The notes under the pieces were generated by a model. The model saw nothing but the letters and a program-made list of their open reading frames with translations, did not search any database and had not been told where the DNA came from. DNA of 64,000 bases from Amphiscolops sp. MND2022. Taxonomy: Eukaryota. Below are positions 21,911 through 35,017 of the stretch, one piece after another (position 1 is the stretch's first letter; the number at the start of each line of letters is the position of its first letter). Both the position numbers and the translations under genes were made by a program. The DNA is taken from assembly GCA_964187785.1 (NCBI GenBank), contig OZ076409.1, forward strand, positions 98,394,001-98,458,000. The letters run 5' to 3'.

Positions 21911-22885
21911 ATGTCGTCAGCCTATGAGGGGAAGACTCTTGAACAGTTCAATAGATCCCGATATGCAACCATTGGTGTGACCACCAAAGTAGAAGTGAAA
22001 ATCAGACCAATTCTTGACAAGGAAAAAGAAAAAATCACCACTATTGATCACAGCTATTTGCGAGCTGTCGATAAACAGTTGGAAAAACGCTTGGAAGACG
22101 CAGGTTTCCTGAATGCTGCACTTTTGATCTTACTCCCGATACAGACGCTGATATGGAGAAAGATTTGGAAGAAGCTGCAGAATTTGAAACAAAAATTGGT
22201 GCGCAGCTTGACGAAGTTAGCAGTTGTCGAGCGAATTGAAATGGCAGATCCTGTTTCGACCACAACCACAAGTAATCCCACGCTGGGAAAATTGAAGATG
22301 CCCAAATTTGAACTGCCAAAATTCAGTTGTCAGTACAAAGACTGGACACCCTTTCATGAACAATTTGTAATCTCCGTACATGCCAATAGCACCATACCTG
22401 ACGTCCAAAAATTCAATTATCTTAAAGCATGTCTGAGTGGTGAAGCACTGCAGTTAGTCTCCCTCTTACCTTTATCCAACTCCAACTATCACATTGCACT
22501 CAAATCGTTGACTAATCGGTACAACAATCAGAGGCTAATTGTTAATTCTCATCCGGACACAATTCTTCAAATGAAACCACTGAATGGTGAGTCAGCATCT
22601 GAACTTCGGAGACTTTTTGTAAATTTCGAAGAAAATCTGATGGCCATTGAAGCGCTTGGAGTCCAAACAGAAACATGTGATTTCATTTGGATTAGAATTT
22701 TATCGAAGAGACTGGATCAGGAATCTCGACGGCAATGGGAAATTGATTACCCAGGTAAAGAGTTTCAAACTTTTGACCAGTTGCGAGAATTCATAAACAA
22801 GCGTGTTCAAGCGTTGGAAGCATCAAATTCGGGAGGAAAGGGTCAAAGGATAGAATATGCATCAAATCCAAGTGGAAAACTTTAA
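21911..22885 (+). pseudogene. gag: BEL gag (premature stop before the zinc knuckles)
   Basis: LPKF..QYKDWTPFHEQF...QKFNYLKACLSGEA (DUF1759-like). Cys/His knuckles follow out of frame. Confidence 0.85.
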
Positions 22886-25800
22886 AAATGCAAAAAAATA
22901 GAGCACACGCCTCTCAAAACTACAAAATTGCCCTTGTAGTTCTGAAGCACACAAGAACTACGCTTGTAAAACGTTTGCCAAAATGGACTTCAAGGACAGA
23001 AGAAGTCTTTTCTATTCATCCAAGTTGTGTTTCAACTGTCTTTGCCCCGGACACGTGACAAAAGACTGCAAGTCGAAGCACACTTGCGAAACGTTCAAAA
23101 ACAAACACCTCACGCCGATTCATTGCTAAAGGGCGAAGTAACAGGATCATTGATTGCAGGTCAAACACGTACTTTTTCTGCATCTAATGTGATACCTACT
23201 GCCCTAGTTCCCGTTGAAGACGAAGCCTCTTCAATCATCTTGTGTCGAACCAAGATTGACAACGGTTCGCAATTGAGTCTCATTAGCGAGACAGCTGTGC
23301 AAAGGATGCAGTTGAAACGTCAAAAGCAATCCTTAACGGTGAATGGTATTGGAAAAGTTTCCAAAACATACAACTCGGGAAGTGTGACTTTACGCCTTAA
23401 GCCAAAGTTTGGACCCAAGGTTATTACAGTCAACGCTTTCATTCTACCAAATTCTACTCAGCATCTACCAAACCGTTCTTTTGATACGTCCATTTTATTT
23501 CACATGAAAGCGATTGAATTAGCAGACCCTAATTCCAACGTTTCTAATCCGAGTGAGCTGATTTTGGGATCGGATGTAGCTGAAGAAATCATTCTCGATG
23601 GCAAGTTCACTTAAGACAAGGGATTGCATTTTCGCAACACTGTGTTTGGTTGGATTGTCTCAGGAAAGCAGCCAAACCAAGCCTACAGCATTGCTAACGC
23701 ATCACTTTGCATCAATATTACTTTTGATCTCAAGAAAGATTGGGAACTTGAAGATGCCCAAATTTGAACTGCCAAAATTCAGTTGTCAGTACAAAGACTG
23801 GACACCCTTTCATGAACAATTTGTAATCTCCGTACATGCCAATAGCACCATACCTGACGTCCAAAAGTTCAATTATCTTAAAGCATGTCTGAGTGGTGAA
23901 GCACTGCAGTTAGTCTCCCTCTTACCTTTATCCAACTCCAACTATCACATTGCACTCAAATCGTTGACTAATCGGTACAACAATCAGAGGCTAATTGTTA
24001 ATTCTCATCCGGACACAATTCTTCAAATGAAACCACTGAATGGTGAGTCAGCTTCTGAACTTCGGAGACTTTTTGTAAATTTCGAAGAAAATCTGATGGC
24101 CATTGAAGCGCTTGGAGTCCAAACAGAAACATGTGATTTCATTTGGATTAGAATTTTATCGAAGAGACTGGATCAGGAATCTCGACGGCAATGGGAAATT
24201 GATTACCCAGGTAAAGAGTTTCAAACATTTGACCAGTTGCGAGAATTCATAAACAAGCCTGTTCAAGCGTTGGAAGCATCAAATTCGGGAGGAAAGGGTC
24301 AAAGGATAGAATATGCATCAAATCCAAGTGGAAAACTTTAAAAATGCAAAAAAATAGAGCACACGCCTCTCAAAACTACAAAATTGCCCTTGTAGTTCTG
24401 AAGCACACAAGAACTACGCTTGTAAAACGTTTGCCAAAATGGACTTCAAGGACAGAAGAAGTCTTTTCTATTCATCCAAGTTGTGTTTCAACTGTCTTTG
24501 CCCCGGACACGTGACAAAAGACTGCAAATCGAAGCACACTTGCGAAACGTTCAAAAACAAACACCTCACGCCGATTCATTGCTAAAGGGCGAAGTAACAG
24601 GATCACTGATTGCAGGTCAAACACGTACATTTTCTGCATCTAATGTGATACCTACTGCCCTAGTTCCCGTTGAAGACGAAGCCTCTTCAATCATCTTGTG
24701 TCGAACCAAGATTGACAGCGGTTCGCAATTGAGTCTCATTAGCGAGACAGCTGTGCAAAGGATGCAGTTGAAACGTCAAAAGCAATCCTTAACGGTGAAT
24801 GGTATTGGAAAAGTTTCCAAAACATACAACTCGGGAAGTGTGACTTTACGCCTTAAGCCAAAGTTTGGACCCAAGGTTATTACAGTCAACGCTTTCATTC
24901 TACCAAATTCTACTCAGCTTCTACCAAACCGTTCTTTTGATACGTCCATTTTATTTCACATGAAAGCGATTGAATTAGCAGACCCTAATTCCAACGTTTC
25001 TAATCCGATTGAGCTGATTTTGGGATCGGATGTAGCTGAAGAAATCATTCTCGATGGCAAGTTCACTTAAGACAATGGATTGCATTTTCGCAACACTGTG
25101 TTTGGTTGGATTGTCTCAGGAAAGCAGCCAGACCAAGCCTACAGCATTGCTAACGCATCACTTTGCATCAATATTACTTTTGATCTCAAGAAAGATTGGG
25201 AACTTGAAGATGCCCAAATTTGAACTGCCAAAATTCAGTTGTCAGTACAAAGACTGGACACCCTTTCATGAACAATTTGTAATCTCCGTACATGCCAATA
25301 GCACCATACCTGACGTCCAAAAGTTCAATTATCGTAAAGCATGTCTGAGTGGTGAAGCACTGCAGTTAGTCTCCCTCTTACCTTTATCCAACTCCAACTG
25401 TCACATTGCACTCAAATCGTTGACTAAGCGGTACAACAATCAGAGGCTAATTGTTAATTCTCATCCGGACACAATTCTTCAAATGAAACCACTGAATGGT
25501 GAGTCAGCTTCTGAACTTCGGAGACTTTTTGTAAATTTCGAAGAAAATCTGATGGCCATTGAAGCGCTTGGAGTCCAAACAGAAACATGTGATTTCATTT
25601 GGATTAGAATTTTATCGAAGAGACTGGATCAGGAATCTCGACGGCAATGGGAAATTGATTACCCAGGTAAAGAGTTTCAAACGTTTGACCAGTTGCGAGA
25701 ATTCATAAACAAGCGTGTTCAAGCGTTGGAAGCATCAAATTCGGGAGGAAAGGGTCAAAGGATAGAATATGCATCAAATCCAAGTGGAAAACTTTAAAAA

Positions 25801-26660
25801 TGCAAAAAAAATAGAGCACACGCCTCTCAAAACTACAAAATTGCCCTTGTAGTTCTGAAGCACACAAGAACTACGCTTGTAAAACGTTTGTCAAAATGGA
25901 CTTCAAGGACAGAAGAAGTCTTTTCTATTCATCCAAGTTGTGTTTCAACTGTCTTTGCCCCGGACACGTGACAAAAGACTGCAAGTCGAAGCACACTTGC
26001 GAAACGTTCAAAAACAAACACCTCACGCCGATTCATTGCTAAAGGGCGAAGTAACAGGATCTTTGATTGCAGGTCAAACACGTACTTTTTCTGCATCTAA
26101 TGTGATACCTACTGCCCTAGTTCCCGTTGAAGACGAAGCCTCTTCAATCATCTTGTGTCGAACCAAGATTGACAACGGTTCGCAATTGAGTCTCATTAGC
26201 GAGACAGCTGTGCAAAGGATGCAGTTGAAACGTCAAAAGCAATCCTTAACGGTGAATGGTTTTGCAAAAGTTTCCAAAACATACAACTCGGGAAGTGTGA
26301 CTTTACGCCTTAAGCCAAAATTTGGACCCAAGGTTATTACAGTCAACGCTTTCATTCTACCAAATTCTACTCAGCTTCTACCAAACCGTTCTTTTGATAC
26401 GTCCATTTTATTTCACATGAAAGCGATTGAATTAGCAGACCCTAATTCCAACGTTTCTAATCCGATTGAGCTGATTTTGGGATCGGATGTAGCTGAAGAA
26501 ATCATTCTCGATGGCAAGTTCACTTAGGACAATGGATTGCATTTTCGCAACACTGTGTTTGGTTGGATTGTCTCAGGAAAGCAGCCAAACCAAGCCTACA
26601 GCATTGCTAACGCATCACTTTGCATCAATATTACTTTTGATCTCAAGAAAGATTGGGAAC
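22292..26660 (+). repeat. Tandem triplication of a 1456-bp gag-protease segment
   Basis: Junction microhomology TTGAAGATG at 22292, 23748, 25204 and 26661; near-identical ORFs offset by 1456-1457 bp. Confidence 0.95.
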
Positions 26661-29600
26661 TTGAAGATGTTCCAACTGATAGTCACCACACGGACGAAAA
26701 AATTGCTTGCGAAAAGCTTTTCAGAGACACCACAATTCTGGAAAACAACAGGTTAATCGTTGCAATGCCATTCAAACCTAATGCAGAACCATTAGGCAAT
26801 AAATTCATTCAAGCGAATCGAAGATTTCTTAACCTGGAGAAACGTCTTGAAGCGAATCCTCCATTACGAAAGGATTACTCAGACTTCATTCGCGAACTTG
26901 TCAATGTGGATCATCTTGAAGATGACCCGGAAGAAGTCCTTGTGAAACAAGAATCTGAATTCAATTTCTGGCCTCATCTTTGTGTCCACAAAGAGGACTC
27001 GACCACAACAAAGTTGAGAGTTGTTTTTGATGGATCAGCCTATTCAAGCAATGGCAACTCACTGAATTGATCTTTAATGGTGGGACCAACTATTCAACAA
27101 GATCTGTTCTCCATTCGTGTCAGATTTCGTGCGCACAGAGTTGCACTCTCCGGAGACATTGCCAAAATGTACAGGCAAATTTGTCGTCATGCATCAGCAA
27201 AGGATTTTCATCGGATTCTACGGCGCGATTCATTGAAGGATGTACTCAAGCATTACCGGATGACTCGCGTGACATATGGAATTGCATCGTCTGCCTTTCG
27301 CTCTACACGAGCAACCGTGGAGGTTGCTAATCGCTGCGAAAACAAATCAGTGGCGAATTCCATCAAGAACGTATTTTACGTTGATGACTACCTTTCTGGG
27401 ACAGATTCAAATGAAAAAGCTCATGTGAAAGTGGCAAAACTTTGTGATGAACTCAAGAAGTATGGTTACGAATTGAGAAAATGGACCTCGAGTCATCACG
27501 AAATCACAGCATCATTACCGGAAAGTCTTCGTGAAAGTGCCAAGGACGAACAATTCATGGATGAAAATTACAGAACCAAGACGCTGGGTCTCTCCTGGAA
27601 ACCGAATCTGGATTCAGTCAAATTCCATAGCAACTTTTCTCTTGATGATAATGTCACCAAACGAAACTTGTTATCCGAAACTGCCAAACTCTTTGATCCA
27701 GTGGGTTGACTAGGACCAATCGTCATCAGATTCAAGACAATGTTGCAGAAATTGTGGGTTCAAGGACTCGGATGGGATGACACTTCAACCGCAGAAATGC
27801 GAAACGAATGCACCGAAATGATAGCTGCTTTGAAGCATTTGGCTAATCTATTCTTGCCTCGCTGCATCGTCCCTCCTGTGAAAGAAATTGAAACAGTTCA
27901 ACTTCATCTTTTCACAGATGCTTCAGAAATGGCATATGCCGCAGTTATATACATCCGAATATCTGATATTAGTAGCAAAGTCTTCACCAATCTTGTTGCA
28001 CCGAAAACACGAGTTGCTCCAATAAAAACAGTCTCTCTGCCACGTCTCGAATTGTGTGGAGCCCATCATGGCATCAAGCTTCTCAACAAGTTTCAAGAAA
28101 TACTCGATCTCACCTCACTGCGTTACCAAAGGCCACGACCTTCGGCTGGACAGACTCTACAATCGTCCTGCAATGGCTAACTCAACTTCCACGCACATGG
28201 ACTTGTTTCGTCGCCAATCGGGTGTCTGAAACACAACAAAGTCTGCCCCGTGCTTATTGGAATCATGTCAAATCAAGCGCGAATCCAGCTTATTGTGCAT
28301 CACGTGGATCGTTAGTCAAAAACCTCATTGAGTCCCAGCTACGGTGGTATGGTCCTGAATGGCTCGCCAAACCAAATATTGCTTGGCCACAGTTTTCTGT
28401 ACCTTTGACCACAGAAAATCATGAAGAAATCGAATCACAGAAGATACTGTGTCCACTTCGTCATAGATTGATACGAACCGCTACAGCAATCTTCTAAAGC
28501 TGTATCGTATCATAGCATTAGTCATTATGGCTTTTCAAAAGCTGAAACAACCGACGGCAAAAAATGTCATCAACCGGCAAGCTTTGTCTGAAGCAAAACT
28601 TCTCGTCCTCCAAACACACCAACAGCAGTACTACACAAAAAAACTGGCTCTACTGAAATCTAGCAAGGAATTACCTCGTGATAGCAAAATACTCAACCTG
28701 TCTCCTTTCTTCGATAAGGACACAAATACATTACAAGTTGGTGGGCGATAGTCTCAAAATTCAATTGATGAACAACAAAAGTTTCCACATCTCATACATC
28801 CGGACTCTCACCTAGCCACTCTCGTCTTTCGACACTTTCATGAAGATACCCTTCATGGCGGGGGGCAGCTGACGCTCAACAGTAATAGAGCCGAATATTG
28901 GTTCCCTAGAGGAAAAAATGTTTTCAATAAAGTTATCAAGAACTGTGTGAAATGCAGTTGTTCTGGCAGTGAGGCTCCGGTCCAGATCATGGCCTATCTA
29001 CCAGCTGAACGCATACACGCCGGAAGTCCATTGAGAAACACTGGAATCGATCTCGCAAGACCAATTATAACAGAAGAAAACTCTAAAAGCTACATCATAG
29101 TCTTTGTCTGTTTTGCCACGAAGGCAATTCACATTGAATTAGTAAGAAACTTATTGAAGAAAAAGAAATCCTGCATCATGGCATTGAAAAGATTCATTGC
29201 AAGGCGAGGATTTCCAGAAAAGTTGTTTAGCGATAACGGAACCAACTTCAGTGGAGCCAGGAATGACTTGATGAAGATCAAATCTCTCTTCAGCAAGGAT
29301 TCAAACGAAACTTCAATCAATCATTTCGTTACTCAAAGAGGCATCGACTGGGTGACAATTCTTCCTCGTGCTCCCATTTCGGCGGACTCTGGGAAGCTGC
29401 AATAAAGTCCATGAAGCGACACTTGAAACGTTCAGTTGGTTTGCAGATCCTATCGTTCGAAGAACTCATTACTTTCATAACTGGAATCGAATCGATCCTC
29501 AATTCCAGACCTATCACAGCGATGTCAAACGACCCTTACGACTTACGAGCCCTCACACCAGCACACTTCCTACTCGGAAGGCCCATGAACAAGATGCCGC

Positions 29601-30036
29601 AATCTTATGACAACGACAATAACTCCAATCTGCATTTGGACATGAGAGACAACTTACTTGAAAGACTGAAGTCGTCTATTGGAAGTCATGGCATCGTGAC
29701 TATCTGATAACACTCCAAATACAAAAACAATGACTTTCCAATGGAACAGAAATTCAAATTGGTGATCTTATTTTGGTCGCCGAAGACAACCAGCGTCCAC
29801 TTCAATGGAAAATGGCCAGAATAACAGAGCTGTACTCTAGAAAGGACAACATCAATCGGGTCGCAAGAGTAAAAACAGAGTCTGGACAAATAGTACGACC
29901 AATACGAAAGCTAAGGAAGCTTCCAATGTACCCCTTGCACGCTCCAGCAGCAGGCGGTGATCTAACAGAAGGAGCGCAATCTTCAAATGGATTACCTCGT
30001 CCAATCAGTGGAAAAGTTCATGTAATTCGTCGGTAA
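26537..30036 (+). pseudogene. pol: BEL pol remnants: RT, RNase H, integrase, C-terminal domain
   Basis: TTKLRVVFDGS; GDIAKMYRQI; FYVDD; LFTDASEMAYAAVIY; PRLELCGA; HEDTLHGG..CVKC; SDNGTNF; ALTPAHFLLG; WKMARITEL. Many stops and frameshifts. Confidence 0.93.
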
Positions 30037-31023
30037 CAATAGCGATGCCAAAATTTGATGGAACATGCAATCGACCTACGGTTTTCACATTTCCTCTCCC
30101 GGCACACTCCCGTCGTCATGCCTTGGAAGGGGAATTTTGCATTTCGCTCTCAAATTCAAGTTTATGATGGATTTGTCTCTCCTTTTTGGACAAAATCTTC
30201 AATATTGTTTTGAATTCGCTATTTTCCTGTCACCTCTGATCACTGAGATTCTTATTTGCTTTTTTACACATTGCAACTGAAGCTCTAAAATGCTTGTAAA
30301 CACTTTCTGCGCCCTTCCATTTGACTGTTTTCTTTATTTTATCATTTTTATTGAAAATTCATTCAAATTCCACTGAGTAAACCCAGATTTTTTATTAGTG
30401 CCAAAATTAGGTGGTGATAGTTACAACACCTTGCGTATATGCAATCGAAGCCACTTGCTGCCCCTGAAAACTTCTCGGAAAAGGGAGTTTTGATTTACCT
30501 TGAAAAAACCAATTTTTTCTTCCATTTTACTTCGAAACCATCTCATTTGATTCTTTTTCGTCAGTTTTGTTGCCAAAATACGATGAGTGGAGCGCGCCGA
30601 TCGTCCGCATAACGTTTTTCTGATCTCAACAACCTCGCTTACAACTTCTTGGAAGGGATTTTCAAATTCCTTTCGCTATCCTATTTTTCCCCATTTTAAG
30701 TTACCCAAAGTCGATGAAACGTATCTATTTAAAATAGATAGAAGTTAACAGAAATAGAAGTTAACAGAAAGCAACTTTCTCACCTTCAGTAAACAACGTA
30801 CTCCCCTTTTAACAAGGCAAGCAGCATTTTCGTTGACTTTAGCAGGGTTTCAGACAACTCTGGCTCAGAGATAACCTCCAAGATTTGTTATTCATTCTCG
30901 ATTATTTTTCCTAATCAAAAATTGCTACATGTATATATTTCATTTAGATTTTGGAAATTCTTAGAATGCAGGCAAGCCGTGGATACGTGGCTTAAGGTAC
31001 GACAGAATCAGTTGCTTGCTATA

Positions 31024-32095
31024 TTATTCCCTCATTGGAAACTTCGAAAACCCTTGGAACACCGACAAAGGAAAATCTACAAGTTCTTCTCCAGTCAAAA
31101 GTGTCAAATCGAGAGCAGTTATTGCCTTTTTGACGGTGTGCCCGAAAGGCAATGCAAGCCTCCACTTCCTGGCCTCAAGAAGTTTCATCAGCAGGTCCAA
31201 ACCATAACGGTCAAACCACTGTCTGACAAAACCTTCACCAACACCACTACAGAATAGTCCAAACATACGATTTGCTCTTTTCGAATCAGCAACATTTACC
31301 TCTTCTCATCCTAAACAAGTGCTCATTGGCCAGTTCCATCAGAATTGAAAAAACGTACAGTGAGCACAATGTGTGCACAGAGGGGAGGCTGAATTACAAC
31401 ATCTCCAGGCTGTGCTAGATGGTAGCGCAATCCACGTATCAGCCTTCTTTCTTTCCTGTCCAGCTGTTTTGGCTCTTTCAGAAATCTATACAACGTTACG
31501 AAGCTTTCGATTCCCATGAGAAATTTGGATGAAGCAGTATTGATGGCTATTATCCAAACTTTCAGACCTGACTCTAATTTAGCGATGCTTCCACCTCCAC
31601 CCCATTCGATATGTGCAGCTGTGAACCAAGGTCCCCTTGCAGCCAAAAGAGCCTTGGAACGAAGCACAACGTTGTTCGGAGGAGGAAGGCAATGAACAAA
31701 CTTGTCAGCCAATTCAAAGAGTACGTCAAGCACCCTTTGAAACCAGGATTATCATTGCCCACACTCGAATGATGAACAACTGCTTTTGCTTTGTCGAGGA
31801 AAGTTGCAAATAGAGTTGCACCCCTATTCCACGCAGATTTCGCATCTCCAACTAAATTACAGAGCTTGCTTGCTACAGGACTCCGAAAGGTCCAAGTTGG
31901 AAAGCTCTCCTTCCAGTTGGTGATCGCACTGAATACCAGAAGAGGAATGATTCATCTCTTCCTCCAAGGCAAGCAACCCCGAAGTTCAGCGATCGCGAAC
32001 AGTTCTTCAACCCTAACTTCATTTTCGATCAATTCTACCGGAGGCACCTCTTCACTTTCGCCTCCCTCCACACCCTCAAACATTTTACTCATCAT
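31024..32095 (-). pseudogene. JmjC-domain (Fe(II)/2-oxoglutarate dioxygenase, KDM2/KDM7-like motif) gene, antisense inside the BEL element
   Basis: WFTAAHIEWGG...SGLKVWII...QPGDVVIQPPLCAHIVLT gives T, HxE, K(+17) and distal H. About 350 codons reconstructed over stops and at least two frameshifts. Confidence 0.82.
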
Positions 32096-32151
32096 GCAGT
32101 TTTTCTGAAAATTTTAAAGAATCTTTGACGGGTCCTTCAAGACTGGCGGAA

Positions 32152-32435
32152 TGTTGAAGACTGAAAATTTCGTTCATTAATCAGCTCAAGGATGACACAA
32201 GCATGACCAGCAATTCATGCTAAAAACATATACACGTCACTATTTGTTTGATTTTATTTCTAGTTGATGCCGCTATTCGTTCTTTCAGTCTTTTCACTAA
32301 TTCTCTTTCAATCAGTTCATTCACAATATTGTTCAACCAAATCTGTTAATTCAAAACAGCAGTTTGACAACAATCTTTTGTTCTCCCACAAAAGCTTTAA
32401 AAAACTTTCAATAAAACAAACCAATCAGAGTATCA
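32152..32435 (+). repeat. BEL 3' LTR
   Basis: TGTTGAAGACTG...AGAGTATCA, preceded by GACTGGCGGAA (degenerate PPT). Confidence 0.9.
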
Positions 32436-32700
32436 GAGCCATTCCGAAGTCCGATGTTGATTGGGCAGGTTTCAAGCATGGGATTAGATTTGTATCTGAC
32501 AAACAGACGGCATCATATAAAAGTCTCGATTTACTTGTCATGAGATGAAAATACAAGGAACCATTGTGTCGAGGATTACACAATGAATGATTACCAGCTG
32601 ATAAAGTTCCTTCGGGACTGTTTTGAAAGTACCATCAGCATGGTGTTTTTTTGATTGATTCAGTGCATACTGTAGAATGAGTGGAAATATGGAGGTGTTG
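32436..32700 (-). pseudogene. MULE transposase N-terminal catalytic piece
   Basis: HHADGTFKTVPKELYQLVIIH (first D), VPCIF.LMTSK..LYDAV and STSDFGMA (second D); runs into the BEL insertion site. Confidence 0.88.
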
Positions 32701-32949
32701 GCCGTTTTTCACGTTTGCGAAGAAATGACTGCAATTGAGGGTGGCTAAAGTGTCCATAAGAAAGACTGTAAAACGAATAATGTTGATAGTTTGTAGATAG
32801 CATCCTATAGAGGGGTCAAGATTCTCGTTTAGTAATAGAGGATTGAAAGAAGATTTCGAGTAACTTTTCCTATATGATAACGCTTCATTTAATATTGAGT
32901 GTTGAGCCTGAAAGGTAACTGGATATATATATTTGGACGGAAGGCCGAA

Positions 32950-34980
32950 CTTTTGCTGCAGACAAAGAAATAGTGGTATGCGTTGTATTCATCGCCATAT
33001 GGGCACTTCGAGCAGGCACAATTGCTTAACTTCCAATTGATCTTTTTGAAGGTCGTTCTGTTGGCCATCAGGAGGCCAAAGATGTGGTTTGCATAATAGG
33101 GATTCCACTAATAAGTGGACAGGGTTCACCAATAGCGGGTCTCGAGTGAATGAATTTTTAAAGGAAGACATCGGTCATTGCACCTTTCCATCGGTTGAGC
33201 CATTAAGTTTTTAGATAACCGAATATCAACACAGGCGTGTAACGGTAGAAACGGTCAATTGGTGAGATCCCTGAGAGACTATCAGCTGTACTAATAGGTG
33301 GCAATAAACAGTACTAGAAGATCAATGTCAGGATTTTGATTTTATAAAAATGTGTAGTGATTTGAAATTCTTTTGTGGCAATTTTGGTGCTCCATGTAAA
33401 ACTTAAGGTTGTATGATTGGTAAAGATAAACTAGGGTCGTAACGGTAATGCCCCACTTGGTGCTGCAATGCTTTCGGAGGATATTCCAGTTTCGGTGAGC
33501 AACTGAAATTCCAGTATGTTGTTGGTGGTTGAATTTAGAATCGATGTTATGACAGTAATTTCGTGGTTTTGCTAATTTTGCATTTTTCTCTGTTTAGTTT
33601 GGTCTGGGTAAAGTCTTCGTGGGAATTGGTTAAAGGCAAAATTTCAATTTCCGATCCGTTAACAGCCATTTTTAAGCGTCTACACCGCATTTCGATATCT
33701 AAGCAGGTCTGCTTTAAAAACTCAATTTTTCTTGTCCCGATAGAAGTACTGAAGAAGCATCGGCAAACTTGAATCGTTTGTTTGAGTTGGATAGGAATCC
33801 AGAGATAAAAATAAAAATACCACAGGGGAGAGAACGCTTCCTTGTGATAGATAGTCCATTATATATACTGAACAGGGGTGAGGTGTAAGGATCTAGGTTA
33901 TTTTTTGTCCTTTTTTGGAACGAAGGAAGGCGTTAATCATTTTCATCACTTTCCCATTTACTGGCAGATTATTCAATTTGTACATCAAGCTATCGAGCCA
34001 CACGCTTTAGAAGGTTTTATCAATTCTAGGTTTAGAAGTGCTTCAGATTCTTCATGCGTTTTTGCCGATTCGCATTGGAGATTGACTCTGTAGAGTGATC
34101 CAAGCTTGTTTTTACTTCTGTGAATCCCTTCTGGTTCTTCTTCGATACTTTCTTCCTCAAGGAAAGTACGCAGTCGTCGCTCGATCATTCTTTGAAACAA
34201 CTTCCCAATGTTGCTTCTTACTGATTTGGACACGACAGCTTGATGCAATGTCATGAGCGCTCGTATCAGCATTCTTGGGAATATGATCTTTGGCCCCATG
34301 GGATTGATCCCAATGGCCAGATTGATTTAGTCCAGCACATATTGCAGAAATGAAGAACTTCCAACTTGGTATTTGGTCCCCAATTTGGCAACATTTTTGG
34401 ATGGAAGAGATAGTTGTCGATTGAGCTGCTTTTGACAATTTTCAAGGCTTTCTCGAGCTCAGTAAGAGTGAAATCATCAAGACACGTATCTTTTGTATTC
34501 CTGCGATGAGATATGAACTTCAGTTTGCAGATATTTTTCTTTTTTCAGACATTGATCATCCTCAATTTTGAGGTTTTTAAGTGTTTAGCTCCAGGGAAAG
34601 TCCGTTTCAAATGTTCGGCAAAATCATTTTGTTCGCAGCAATTTTACTTCGGTGTCTTTATCAGGGCCCATCATGCAGGCAGGTTTTTGCTTTGAAACTC
34701 CTCTTGTTAATTGACCAGAAATGTTTTTTGTGTTTGTGTCCCATTTTGGCTGAAATCTTACTCATCCATGTTGATGCGCTCTCTGACAGTAATTTTTTGA
34801 AATTATATCTAGCTTTTGCGAGATGTTGACCGTTTAGGTAGTTGGTGTTGTGTTTAAACTTTTGCGCCTCAAAACTCTTAATTCGTAGCTCGCTTTGCTG
34901 AGACGCTTGTACATGGAGACTACTCGATGGATGTCCAAATCGCAGGGATATCAAGATACCTAATTTCTCGAAACTTAAAC
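32950..34980 (-). mobile_element. Old, heavily decayed LINE (RT plus C-terminal CCHC knuckle)
   Basis: SNIGKLFQRMIERRLRTFLEE; degraded LNLD..KAF..VW; CSKCPYGDEYNAYHYFFVC. Boundaries approximate. Confidence 0.65.
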
Positions 34981-35017
34981 TGAGATATTGCTTGACCTTC
35001 AGTTCTGAATTTATTCA

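Larger units (their letters stand above)
21589..32435 (+). mobile_element. BEL/Pao LTR retrotransposon, full-length but decayed, with an extra region before the 3' LTR
   Basis: 284-bp TG...CA LTRs (21589-21872, 32152-32435), PBS, degenerate PPT. Domain order gag-PR-RT-RH-INT. Imperfect 5-bp TSD GGGCT / GAGCC within the MULE reading frame. Confidence 0.92.

Noticed and set aside
30036-31020. env gene in the BEL extra region
   Set aside because: No long sense-strand ORF with signal peptide, furin site or TM anchor is recognisable; the coding signal is the antisense JmjC.
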